Assembly: GCA_964201775.1 (NCBI GenBank)
Contig: CAXNFK010000001.1
Location: 1-52,555, forward strand
DNA length: 52,555 bases
Origin: Candidatus Nanopelagicaceae bacterium
GTDB taxonomy: Bacteria; Actinomycetota; Actinomycetes; Nanopelagicales; Nanopelagicaceae
Reading direction: 5' to 3'
Numbering within the stretch: position 1 is the first letter of the stretch; the number at the start of each line of letters is the position of its first letter. The position numbers and the translations under genes were made by a program. Positions 29,359-38,360 of the stretch are shown here, in pieces. The notes under the pieces were generated by a model. That model was not told the DNA's origin. It saw only the letters and a list, made by a program, of their open reading frames with translations, and searched no databases.

Positions 29359-30894
29359 CTACTTAGCCCACTTGATATTACGGTAATCCATTTCCATAGA
29401 AGTACGGGCTTTTGCAATACCAGTTAGTTTGGCATTGGCAATTCCCGGTTCGTTCTTAGAGAAGATTTCAATAACCCACGCCTGATCGGCGACATAATTT
29501 GCAGTCTCCTTCATCGCAGCTACGTACTTCTTAGGATCTACGATTGAATCGCTACTTGCTATTAACGACTCAAACTTTTCGTCGCACAAAGCCTCATAAC
29601 CGTAAGGTGTTGTTGTTCCCTTGCAACCAAATGTCGAGAGGGGGGCGTTGTTAGTGATGTGATTTATATCGTATTCAGGTGTTGGAGTTGCCCAGACCTT
29701 CGCAATCCATGTTGCAATGTCTTGACCTCTACCTTTAACGGTAATTCCAACTGCAGCTAATTGCGCAGAAAGAACTTCGAATGAGGCAGGGAACTCTGCA
29801 AGAGTCAGATATGGGAAATCAAGTTCCAACCCGTCAGCAAAACCAGCATCCTTTAGCAATGCTTTAGATTTAGCTACGTCGAACTTGTAAGGGCAGTAAT
29901 TGCTGTTCCATGGTGATGTCCAAGTTGGAACCATTAAGCAACCAGGCTCAGCATATCCACCGACAGCTGCATCGATGATTGGTTTGCGATTGATTGCATG
30001 TGCAATCGCCTTTCGCACCTTAATATCCTTAAGAGCCGTGGTCTTAGGGTTTAAGAATAGGTATGAGGCTGAAGTCGAAGGCCAGAAGAAAGTCTGATAC
30101 TTCTTATCAGTTATGAATGGCTTCACCTGATCAACTCCAGCACCAAAGAGCATGCCAACAACGTCGAGTTGTCCGGTCTTCAATGCAGAGATTGTTGCTG
30201 GCTCGTCATCGCGGAATTGGTGGATAACCTTCTTAAAGAAAGGCTTTGTACCCCAATACTTTGCATTTCTATTGAGATGTAAGTCGATATCTTGGCGAAA
30301 CGCGCCGAATGAGAATGGCCCGGTTCCAATTAACTTCTTTCCGACATTATCTGACTCAAAGTATCCACTTGGAGCGATCATGGTTGCAGGCTGACCTAGT
30401 GCTTCTCTAAAAGAGTTACTTGGTCGTGACAATTTAACTATTACTTTGCTTGGACCTGAAGCCTTTATGCTTTTGGTAACAGCTAGAGGTGATGACAAAA
30501 GTCCATTGGTAGCTGTTTTATTCTTTTCAAGGGAATAAACAACGTCTGCTGAAGTAAATTCAGATCCATCATGGAAAGTCGCCTTGCGCAAATCGATAGT
30601 GTAGGTAAGACCATCTTTAGAGACAGCGAGTTTGGTTGCCAACAATGGCTTTAATGCGCCTTTAGAGTCTGTTTCGAATAATGACTCGAGAATATTTAAA
30701 TAAGTTGGAACAAAGAAAGCACTAGTGCCATCTTGTAGATAATTCCAGCTAGTTGGCTTCTGAGGATGCGATGCTCTGAGAGTCGTGCTTCCTACTTCGC
30801 CCGGCTTTGGGGCCGCGACTGCCAAAGATGATGATAAGAGCGCCGTGCTCAGCGCAACTGCGATGAGTACTGGCAACTTTAAGGATTTCTTCAT
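29359..30894 (-). CDS. Peptide/nickel ABC transporter substrate-binding protein (SBP family 5)
   Basis: ESL..PLLA, FHDGSEFTSADVVYS, GTGPF, VRKAIAHAINR; signal peptide ending AVA; AAGGAG SD. Confidence 0.9.
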   Translation of the reverse strand: MKKSLKLPVLIAVALSTALLSSSLAVAAPKPGEVGSTTLRASHPQKPTSWNYLQDGTSAFFVPTYLNILESLFETDSKGALKPLLATKLAVSKDGLTYTIDLRKATFHDGSEFTSADVVYSLEKNKTATNGLLSSPLAVTKSIKASGPSKVIVKLSRPSNSFREALGQPATMIAPSGYFESDNVGKKLIGTGPFSFGAFRQDIDLHLNRNAKYWGTKPFFKKVIHQFRDDEPATISALKTGQLDVVGMLFGAGVDQVKPFITDKKYQTFFWPSTSASYLFLNPKTTALKDIKVRKAIAHAINRKPIIDAAVGGYAEPGCLMVPTWTSPWNSNYCPYKFDVAKSKALLKDAGFADGLELDFPYLTLAEFPASFEVLSAQLAAVGITVKGRGQDIATWIAKVWATPTPEYDINHITNNAPLSTFGCKGTTTPYGYEALCDEKFESLIASSDSIVDPKKYVAAMKETANYVADQAWVIEIFSKNEPGIANAKLTGIAKARTSMEMDYRNIKWAK

Positions 30895-31087
30895 TCTTTC
30901 TCTCCTTTGTTTATAATTGGAACTGCGTTGAGTGGAAAATCAATCAATACAACAATTACAGTGTTATTTACGTTATTAACATCGCTCTTGGTGCACTGCT
31001 ATTTCAGTTCGTGAACTTATTGGTCTCTGAAATTGTAACTACGATTATTGGTGAGTCAACACTTGCAAGTCCCTAACCTTTGAAAAA

Positions 31088-31102
31088 ATCCGCATACCGA
31101 AA
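31088..31102. promoter_or_regulatory. Putative IclR operator upstream of peptide-type ABC operon
   Basis: ATCCGCATACCGAAA. Confidence 0.5.
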
Positions 31103-31220
31103 AACTGGCAGCAGCCATTCGGCGGCAATTTGAGCTCTTCTCAAGCCTGCTTAAGTAACATTTTGTTATAGGGCTAAAGCGATTATAAGGTGCTTACTCT
31201 TGCTAGCCGCTTCGCTACTT

Positions 31221-31235
31221 CTCCGCGATTCGGAA
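31221..31235. promoter_or_regulatory. Putative IclR operator upstream of cupin gene
   Basis: Reverse complement TTCCGAATCGCGGAG. Confidence 0.5.
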
Positions 31236-31300
31236 ACATTCTAGGTATGTGTCGTCAAATAGTCTTTACTTAGACTCTCTTGAAAAGAAATGAGCTGACC

Positions 31301-31759
31301 ATGAACGTAACAATTCCGATTCCAGGAGCGGTTCCGATCATCTTCAATCTTGAAGAAATGAAGATTGAAATGACCGAAGCGCTTGCCCGAGGAAGTCACC
31401 CAACTGGAAGATTTCTTAATGGAAGAATCGTTGTTGTTTTAGCAACTCCCGATAATGGAACTTCAAAAGATATTGCAATTGGTTTAAGTGCAATTCCACC
31501 AGGGCTTAGTACTGAAGAACATTCTCATCCTGCTGAAGAAATTGCAACAGTTCTATCTGGTAACGCAACAATCTTTATGGATGATGTTCCTTATGAAGTA
31601 GGAGCAGGTTCTGTTATTTACACACCATCTATGGTTCGACATCGAACCCAAGTTACCAATGACGAAATCTATCTTTCATGGTGGATGTATTCACCTGCTG
31701 GAAGCGAATCTCGATGGCTTCCATCTAGAGGTTTCGAAGAACCAACCACTGCCAAGTAA
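31301..31759 (+). CDS. Cupin_2 domain protein
   Basis: PPG..EEHSHPAEE..VLSG and G..IYTPSMVRH metal motifs. ATG 31301 (TTG 31280 alternative). Confidence 0.8.
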   Translation: MNVTIPIPGAVPIIFNLEEMKIEMTEALARGSHPTGRFLNGRIVVVLATPDNGTSKDIAIGLSAIPPGLSTEEHSHPAEEIATVLSGNATIFMDDVPYEVGAGSVIYTPSMVRHRTQVTNDEIYLSWWMYSPAGSESRWLPSRGFEEPTTAK

Positions 31760-31765
31760 TTCTTT

Positions 31766-32899
31766 TTATGCTTTGCCGCTAGCCCGTTCAGCGATTCGAT
31801 ACTTCGCAATGTAATCGCGATCAAGTTCCCAACCTAAACCTGGGTTATCACTTAATTGAAAGTAGCCAGAATTTAACTGTGGTCGATTAGCAATCATGTT
31901 ATGCCAAATTGGATCTCGCATCGGATGAAAAAACTCCATGTACGTTCCGTGAGGAATAGATGCAAGCAGATGTGAAGAGGCTTGCGGCTCTTCATGGTGG
32001 GCCATTTTTACGTCATAGACAGTTGCCATTGCTGCAACTTTGCGCCATTCAGTTGGACCTCCTGACCAAGAGGAATCAAAATTACAATAATCAATCGAAG
32101 CTGTTTCCATCAAATCTCTACAACCTGCAGCAGAGAACTCACTTTGTCCTGCGCAAACTGCAACTCCACCAGCAAATCGAACATCTCTCATAGCACGTCG
32201 ATCGTTCTGCCACTGACAGGGTTCTTCAAACCAGAGGAGATTATCCTCTCTAACTAAATGTGAGAAGGTGATTGCATCTGACACGGTGTAACCCTGGTTT
32301 GCGTCGACAGCAATTCGAAAATCATCTCCGCCGACTGCTCGTGCCCTTCTAAAACGTTTAACGTCGTCTTCTGGACTCATGCCGCCAATTTTAAACTTCA
32401 TCCCGGCGAACTGTTCCTTAACAAGATATTCGACTTCTTCTTCGATGGATAAATCGCTTTTGTAATATCCGCCAATACTTATAACTGGAATTTTTGATCG
32501 GTACCCACCCCAGAGTTTCCATAACGGAGTTTCTAGCGAACGCCCAAATAAATCCCATAAAGTTAGGTCTATCGATCCACATGCAACGAGGCCGAGTCTG
32601 CGATCTCGCAAAATGTCCCATGTAGCGGGTCGCGCAAGTTCCCAACATTTTTCAATTGCAGAACCATCTTGTCCTATTAATTTAGGAGCGATTTCATCAT
32701 GAATGATTGCATCGATTTCTGCTAGCCCGGCATCCTCATCACCGGCGTAAGCTTCTCCTACTAATCCGCTCGCAGTATGAATTCGAGTTAAAATTGTTGA
32801 GCGATGTGTCATCTTGTAGTGGCTGCCCTGATAAACCCGCGCTAGTGGAACTCGAATTTGCTCGGTTTCGATTCGAGTAATTGTTAAATCCATTTTCAT
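31766..32899 (-). CDS. Mandelate racemase/muconate lactonizing enzyme family protein
   Basis: IDLTLWDL, KFK (KxK), DANQ, FEEP, GQSE, AHH, PGLG. Confidence 0.85.
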   Translation of the reverse strand: MKMDLTITRIETEQIRVPLARVYQGSHYKMTHRSTILTRIHTASGLVGEAYAGDEDAGLAEIDAIIHDEIAPKLIGQDGSAIEKCWELARPATWDILRDRRLGLVACGSIDLTLWDLFGRSLETPLWKLWGGYRSKIPVISIGGYYKSDLSIEEEVEYLVKEQFAGMKFKIGGMSPEDDVKRFRRARAVGGDDFRIAVDANQGYTVSDAITFSHLVREDNLLWFEEPCQWQNDRRAMRDVRFAGGVAVCAGQSEFSAAGCRDLMETASIDYCNFDSSWSGGPTEWRKVAAMATVYDVKMAHHEEPQASSHLLASIPHGTYMEFFHPMRDPIWHNMIANRPQLNSGYFQLSDNPGLGWELDRDYIAKYRIAERASGKA

Positions 32900-32932
32900 C
32901 TCCCAGTCAACGGTTTTGGGTTAAATTATTAA

Positions 32933-32947
32933 TTCCACATAGCGAGA
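32933..32947. promoter_or_regulatory. Putative IclR operator in divergent promoter (enolase / E1 operon)
   Basis: TTCCACATAGCGAGA. Confidence 0.5.
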
Positions 32948-33075
32948 AAATTTCATCTTTTTTTCGCCTATGAATTCCATAACTATATCCCTTTACAATT
33001 CGAAAGTGTAGTATTTACAACGTAATTAATTATTTAATTTGATGAATTAAATTAAAACTTTTTTGAAGGAGCGCT

Positions 33076-34086
33076 ATGACGGTAATGAGATTTCGTCAGG
33101 CGATAGTTTCTGCTCTTGCAGATGAAATGCGTGAAGATTCTAAAGTTATGCTTTTTGGTGAAGATGTAGCTCATGCTGAGGGACCTTTTAAAACATCTGA
33201 AGGTTTGCTCGCCGAGTTTGGTTCACTTCGTGTTCGCGATACTCCGATTTCTGAAATGGCTTTTACGGGGGCCGCTGTTGGTGCTGCGATAATGGGAATG
33301 AAACCAGTTATAGAAATAATGTTTATGGAATTTCTTGGTGTCGCTCTTGATCAGCTTGTTACCGAGGCTGCGAAAATGCGTTACTTAAGTAATGGAACGC
33401 TCTCTGTTCCTATGGTTGTGCGTGCATCATGTGGCTCTGGACTTGGCTTCGGTAGTCAACATTCGCAAACTCTTGAGAATTGGGTTGCTGCTACCCCAGG
33501 TTTGAAAGTAATTCATCTAAGTGATCCGCAGTCAGCATATAGTTTGCTGCGAGCAGCAATTCAAGATCCAGATCCAGTTATGGTTCTAGAACCCCGTAAC
33601 TTGTACGGCGAGCGCGGCGAAGTCGATACATCAATAACGATGAAAATTGGAAAAGCGAGAACTATTCGTTCAGGTAATGCGATTACCATTGTTTCCCTTG
33701 GGCAAATGGTGAACGTGTGCAAAGCAGCGATAGAAGTATCTGGTATCGACGCAGAACTAATTGATTTGGCAACAATCGTACCTTGGGATCGAGATGCAGT
33801 TCTAGAATCTGTAAAGAAAACCGGCCGACTTGTTGTAGTTGAAGAAGCGCCTGAAAGTGGTGGCTGGGGATCAGAAATTGTTGCAACTATTACAGCGCAA
33901 CTATTTAATTCACTCAAAGGTGCACCATTTCGAATTACTACACCTGATGTTCCAATTCCTTACAGTGGCGTACTTGAAAGCCGATTCATCCCAACTCAAG
34001 ATGACATCATTCGCCAACTTACACATGCGCTGGCAACTGGTGAGAAGCCAAAAACTTGGTGGCAAGCAGAGGGGATTTCACAATGA
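33076..34086 (+). CDS. ThDP-dependent 2-oxoacid/acetoin dehydrogenase E1 beta subunit
   Basis: GEDV, RVRDTPISE, EIMFMEF, QHSQ, PGLKV, DPV..LEP, KKTGRLVVVEE. Confidence 0.9.
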   Translation: MTVMRFRQAIVSALADEMREDSKVMLFGEDVAHAEGPFKTSEGLLAEFGSLRVRDTPISEMAFTGAAVGAAIMGMKPVIEIMFMEFLGVALDQLVTEAAKMRYLSNGTLSVPMVVRASCGSGLGFGSQHSQTLENWVAATPGLKVIHLSDPQSAYSLLRAAIQDPDPVMVLEPRNLYGERGEVDTSITMKIGKARTIRSGNAITIVSLGQMVNVCKAAIEVSGIDAELIDLATIVPWDRDAVLESVKKTGRLVVVEEAPESGGWGSEIVATITAQLFNSLKGAPFRITTPDVPIPYSGVLESRFIPTQDDIIRQLTHALATGEKPKTWWQAEGISQ

Positions 34087-35081
34087 AAACCGCTATGTCA
34101 CGCAGACAGGATATTCAGAACGACCAACTTACGCAGTACGAGCGCATGCTTGAGATTCGGGAATTTGAAGATCAAATTATTCCAATTTTCGCTGCCGGTT
34201 TAGCACGCGGAAGTACACACCTCTGTCAAGGTCAAGAAGCCTTAGCAGTTGGTTTGGCTTCAGTGCTCCGTCATACCGATGTTGTCGCTGCTACATATCG
34301 CGGACATGGAATAGCACTTGCGCTTGGCCTAACACCTGAATCTGTTCTTGGTGAAATCATGGGAAAAATAATTGGGTGTTGCGGTGGTGTCGGTGGAACT
34401 ATGCATATGTGCGACATGGACCTGGGCCTGTTACCTACATCTGCAATTATTGGCGCAGGTATTCCTATCGCAACCGGCGCTGCTCTCGCCTTTCAAACGC
34501 AGGGAATTGACAGCGTTGCGGTAGCCGTCTTTGGCGATGGTGCAACAAATATTGGTGCATTCCATGAAGGTCTTAATCTTGCCGCTATTTGGAAACTGCC
34601 GGTTGTATTTATCTGCGACAACAATGTTTATGGTGAATACAGTCGAATCAATACAACAACTCCAATAGAAGATTTACACATGCGCGCTGAAAGTTACAAC
34701 ATGCCACACTTCGCAATCGATGGCATGGATATATCAGCAGTTCGAAGCGGAGTATCAGAGGCTATTGAGCGAGCTCGAACTGGTGGCGGCCCAACTTTAA
34801 TTGAAGCGAAAACTTACCGATTCGCTGGTCATTCACGCACCGATCAAGCTCTTTATCGCCCCGCAGGCGAATTAGAAAAATGGCTAGAACGTGACCCGAT
34901 TAAGGTGACTGAAAACGCACTCATTGCACAGGGAATCTTGACTCATGAAAGTATTCAGGAGATGAAAGCTTCCATGAAGGTAACGCTAGAGAATGTGCTT
35001 GCTACCTGCACGCAGGCGCCCGAGCCTTCGCTAGCGAAAATGTTTGAAAACATCTGGACGCCCGCGAAGGATTCACGTTAA
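34083..35081 (+). CDS. ThDP-dependent 2-oxoacid/acetoin dehydrogenase E1 alpha subunit
   Basis: HLCQGQEA, YRGHG, ThDP motif GDGA...DNN, TYRFAGHS. ATG 34083 overlaps the beta stop (ATGA). Confidence 0.9.
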   Translation: MKTAMSRRQDIQNDQLTQYERMLEIREFEDQIIPIFAAGLARGSTHLCQGQEALAVGLASVLRHTDVVAATYRGHGIALALGLTPESVLGEIMGKIIGCCGGVGGTMHMCDMDLGLLPTSAIIGAGIPIATGAALAFQTQGIDSVAVAVFGDGATNIGAFHEGLNLAAIWKLPVVFICDNNVYGEYSRINTTTPIEDLHMRAESYNMPHFAIDGMDISAVRSGVSEAIERARTGGGPTLIEAKTYRFAGHSRTDQALYRPAGELEKWLERDPIKVTENALIAQGILTHESIQEMKASMKVTLENVLATCTQAPEPSLAKMFENIWTPAKDSR

Positions 35082-35320
35082 TGAAGCACATGATAAAAAT
35101 GCCACGCGTAGCCGAAACAACAGATGAGGTGTACTTAGTTTCATGGAGTAAGTCGATTGGTGATCGGGTAGAAATAGGCGAATCATTAATGGAAGTGGAG
35201 ACAGATAAAGCAACGGTCGAGATTCCATCTCCTGTTTCTGGAATACTAAAAGAACAGTTATTCCGTGAAGGTGAAGAAATCTCAACTGGAACGCACATCG
35301 CAAGCATAGAGAGCGAATAA
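35081..35320 (+). CDS. Stand-alone lipoyl-domain protein
   Basis: 79 aa, IKMP..W.K..GD.V..GE.L.EVETDKATVEIPSP..G (lipoyl-Lys motif); TAATG-coupled to E1 alpha; no E3-binding or acyltransferase domain. Confidence 0.88.
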   Translation: MKHMIKMPRVAETTDEVYLVSWSKSIGDRVEIGESLMEVETDKATVEIPSPVSGILKEQLFREGEEISTGTHIASIESE

Positions 35321-35370
35321 ATTCCCTAAAAATTACAGAAAGCCTGTAATTTATAGAAAGGCGGTAAGTA

Positions 35371-35760
35371 ATGGCAATTGTGTCTCGCGTTGATGGAAAT
35401 CGTCCATGGGCTCCAATAGTTGGATACTCACGGGCTGTGCGAATGGGAAATCTAATTGAAGTAAGTGGCACGACTGCAACAACTCGGGAAGGTGAGGTTA
35501 TCTGCCCAAACGATACTTACGGGCAAATGCAATATATTCTTGCGGAAGTTAAAAGGGCAATTGAAGAACTTGGCGCAACCTTAGATAACACAATTAGAAC
35601 CAGAGTCTTTCTCACAAACATTGATGAATGGCCCGCAGTGGCAAAGGCACATGGTGAATATTTTGCATCCGCTATGCCTGCTTCCTCATTTGTTGGTGGC
35701 GTAAAACTAATGCTCCCAGATCTTCGCGTTGAATTCGAAGCCACACTCTGGGTTGACTAG
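35371..35760 (+). CDS. RidA/YjgF/UK114-family protein
   Basis: W...VGYSRAVR.G...VSGT, RTRVFL, HGEYF....PA, VEFEA. Confidence 0.85.
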   Translation: MAIVSRVDGNRPWAPIVGYSRAVRMGNLIEVSGTTATTREGEVICPNDTYGQMQYILAEVKRAIEELGATLDNTIRTRVFLTNIDEWPAVAKAHGEYFASAMPASSFVGGVKLMLPDLRVEFEATLWVD

Positions 35761-36539
35761 TGTCAGAATCTAACGGTGGTCATGAAGCAATAATTGTTGC
35801 TGGCGGTGCAAGCGGCATCGGTTTTGCCACTGTAAAACGATTACTTGCTAATTGGCCTAACGTAAAAGTTATTGCTGCTGATATTAATTTAGGAACTCTA
35901 GAAGAATTCCAAAAAGAAATTGGTGTGGATCGATTACTGATACTTAAGTCTGACATCACATCTGCCGAAGGAGCAGCAAAGGCAGTTAAAGAAAGTGCAC
36001 AATGGGCAAAATCATTAACAGGGCTCGTAGTAACAGCAGGGAATAGCACAAATCATTCGAGCTTAGAGTTGACTCCTGAACAATGGAAAGAAGTAAGAGA
36101 TTGTCACCTCGATGGACATTTCTATATGAATCAAGCATTTGCAAGGCATCTTGTTGCCAATAAAACTGGAGGTGCAATAGTCAATTTCTCTTCAGTTGCT
36201 CATATTTTTGGTTGGCCGCGCCGACTTCCCTACGCAGTTGCGAAAGCAGGAATCGATGCGCTAACTCGTACTTTGGCAGTTGAATGGGCAGAATTTGGAA
36301 TTCGCGTAAATGCAATTGCTCCCGGATATGTCAACACTGCGATGGTTATAAATGCACAACAAGCTGGTTACTTAGATCCATCTCTTATAGATATGCATGC
36401 AATGAAGAGATTTAGTGAACCAGACGAAATCGCCGCCGGTGTTCAATTCCTTCTATCGACTGAAGCTAGTTTTATAACTGGCGAAATTTTGACCATTGAT
36501 GGTGGGTTTTCGGTTAATAAGATCCCATGGAACAAATAA
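35760..36539 (+). CDS. Short-chain dehydrogenase/reductase
   Basis: GGASGIG, YAVAK, RVNAIAPG, GEILTIDGG; GTG start overlapping the RidA stop. Confidence 0.88.
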   Translation: MSESNGGHEAIIVAGGASGIGFATVKRLLANWPNVKVIAADINLGTLEEFQKEIGVDRLLILKSDITSAEGAAKAVKESAQWAKSLTGLVVTAGNSTNHSSLELTPEQWKEVRDCHLDGHFYMNQAFARHLVANKTGGAIVNFSSVAHIFGWPRRLPYAVAKAGIDALTRTLAVEWAEFGIRVNAIAPGYVNTAMVINAQQAGYLDPSLIDMHAMKRFSEPDEIAAGVQFLLSTEASFITGEILTIDGGFSVNKIPWNK

Positions 36540-36545
36540 CTGATT

Positions 36546-36632
36546 TGGTGGCGGGTGAAGGATTTGAACCTTCGAAGGCAGAGCCGGGGGATTTACAGTC
36601 CTCTTCTCTCCCACCAATAAGCCCAAGCCGCC
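36546..36632 (-). repeat. tRNA-Tyr direct repeat / degenerate tRNA copy (att-like site)
   Basis: 36546-36601 (56 bp) is identical to 39949-40004 (3' CCA end through the anticodon loop). 36602-36632 is divergent but ends CAAGCCGCC versus CAACCCGCC in the intact gene. Confidence 0.9.
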
Positions 36633-36662
36633 TCACTCGTGAGTTCAGTTGATAATCCCAGC

Positions 36663-38360
36663 TTAAGGTTCTTGTCGAAGAACATCTCCAAGTACCGCGC
36701 CACGGTTAAGTGGCCCCACATTTGCTCCGTAAAGTCTAAGCAAGCCAGTTTCCTTCTTCCAACTAGGTGTTTTATCCAATCTTTCCAATCGCTCCTTTAC
36801 CTCGGTCTCTGAGACGAGCAGATCAACGCGCCAACTTCCTAGATCTATGCTGATTTGATCTCCGTCTTGAATTATTGCCAGAGGCCCTCCATCTGCGGCC
36901 TCCGGCATAACCTGGCCGACTGTTAGGCCTGAATTCAGACCTGAAAGTTCTCCATCAGTTACAACTGCAACTTCGTTGCTCAATCCAGCGCCAACAAGTG
37001 CAGCGACAAGTCCTGCTGCAAAGACCGTTCCTGGGCCTCCGCGCGGTCCCATCCCTCTAAGTACGAGCACGTCACCTGGATGGATTTGTGATGCCTTTAC
37101 CGCCTTAAGGGCAGACAACTCTTCCGAGAATACTTTCGCTGCACCAACGAACTTTCGACTTGGATCTTTAACTGCCGCAACTTTCAAAATCGCGCCAGAC
37201 GGTGCCAGTGTTCCTCTTAGGACGCGCAATCCTCCAGTCTTCGAGAGTGGGTTATCTGACTTAGAGATTACCTCTTTGTTTTTCGAACCAGAGTTAATGA
37301 GTTGTTCCCCTAGCGTCATGCCGGAGACAGTTTTGACGTTCAAGTCGAGATGTTCGCGAAGTTCTGAAAGCACTGCATGCGCACCACCTGCTGCCTCTAA
37401 CTCGGGCACAGTGGCTAATCCATTAGGCCTGATCCGAGCTAGCAGTGGCGTCTTTGCACCTATTTCCTCAAGCGCACCAATCACATCTATATCTAAACCA
37501 GCTTCGACCGAAATGGCTGCGATGTGCCGCACTACATTAACGCTCGTCGCCGCAGCTGTCGCAAGCGTCAAGGCATTTCTTATGGCTCCTTCTGTGATTA
37601 TCTCGCGCGGCTTTGTTCCCTTTGCAAGCAGATCAAGAATCGCATACGCAGATTCAGTCGCTTTGGCATTCATCTTCTCGCTACCCGCGCGCACAGGTGC
37701 CGAACCAGGAAGAGTCATGCCTAGGGCTTCTGCAACCATATGCATGCTATTAGCTGTGCCGAGACCTGCGCAGACGCCTGGACCAACTATCGCTACCCGA
37801 GCGATCTCAGCTAACTCTTCAGTGCTCAACTTTCCAACTGTTACAGCGCCAACATCTTCATATACGGTGTCAATATCTACCATCTCACCACGCAAACATC
37901 CTGCAACCTGATATCCCCCGATTACAACGATGCTCGGTAAGTTCAATCTCGCAGCAGCCATAAGGTGACCAGGTGTTGTCTTATCGCATGAGCTAAGAAG
38001 AACCATCCCGTCAAGAACAGCTCCCTCTACTGCAGCCTCGATATCGTTTACGATCAGATCTCGAGAGGGCATTAAGTATCTTGCTTCTCGGCCTGCACTC
38101 GTCACGAAGTCGCTCGGAGCAACAGTTCGGATTTCAAAACCTAACCCGCCTGCATTGTAAATCTCTTTGACAACCAAATCAGCAAGTGCGTCAAGATGCG
38201 AGTAACAGATTGATAGCCCCGAAGAGCTATTGACGACAGCAATCTTCGGACGTTCGAAGTCTTCTTCCTTTATACCCATTGCACGCCACTGCGCCATACG
38301 CACCGCCCAGCGTGTTGATCCAGGTTCGAAATTACTCCTTAAATTCTCTCTGCGGCTCAT
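36663..38360 (-). CDS. Divergent IlvD/Edd-family dehydratase
   Basis: ICYSH, SCDKT, VCAGLGTANSM Fe-S cysteines, GTLAP.GA..K, TDGELSG, MPEAA. ATG 38360 overlaps the upstream stop (ATGA). Confidence 0.85.
   Translation of the reverse strand: MSRRENLRSNFEPGSTRWAVRMAQWRAMGIKEEDFERPKIAVVNSSSGLSICYSHLDALADLVVKEIYNAGGLGFEIRTVAPSDFVTSAGREARYLMPSRDLIVNDIEAAVEGAVLDGMVLLSSCDKTTPGHLMAAARLNLPSIVVIGGYQVAGCLRGEMVDIDTVYEDVGAVTVGKLSTEELAEIARVAIVGPGVCAGLGTANSMHMVAEALGMTLPGSAPVRAGSEKMNAKATESAYAILDLLAKGTKPREIITEGAIRNALTLATAAATSVNVVRHIAAISVEAGLDIDVIGALEEIGAKTPLLARIRPNGLATVPELEAAGGAHAVLSELREHLDLNVKTVSGMTLGEQLINSGSKNKEVISKSDNPLSKTGGLRVLRGTLAPSGAILKVAAVKDPSRKFVGAAKVFSEELSALKAVKASQIHPGDVLVLRGMGPRGGPGTVFAAGLVAALVGAGLSNEVAVVTDGELSGLNSGLTVGQVMPEAADGGPLAIIQDGDQISIDLGSWRVDLLVSETEVKERLERLDKTPSWKKETGLLRLYGANVGPLNRGAVLGDVLRQEP

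Noticed and set aside
36976-37911. 311-aa plus-strand ORF
   Set aside because: Antisense shadow of the IlvD-like gene; no recognisable motif; biased Ala/Ser/Pro/Thr composition.
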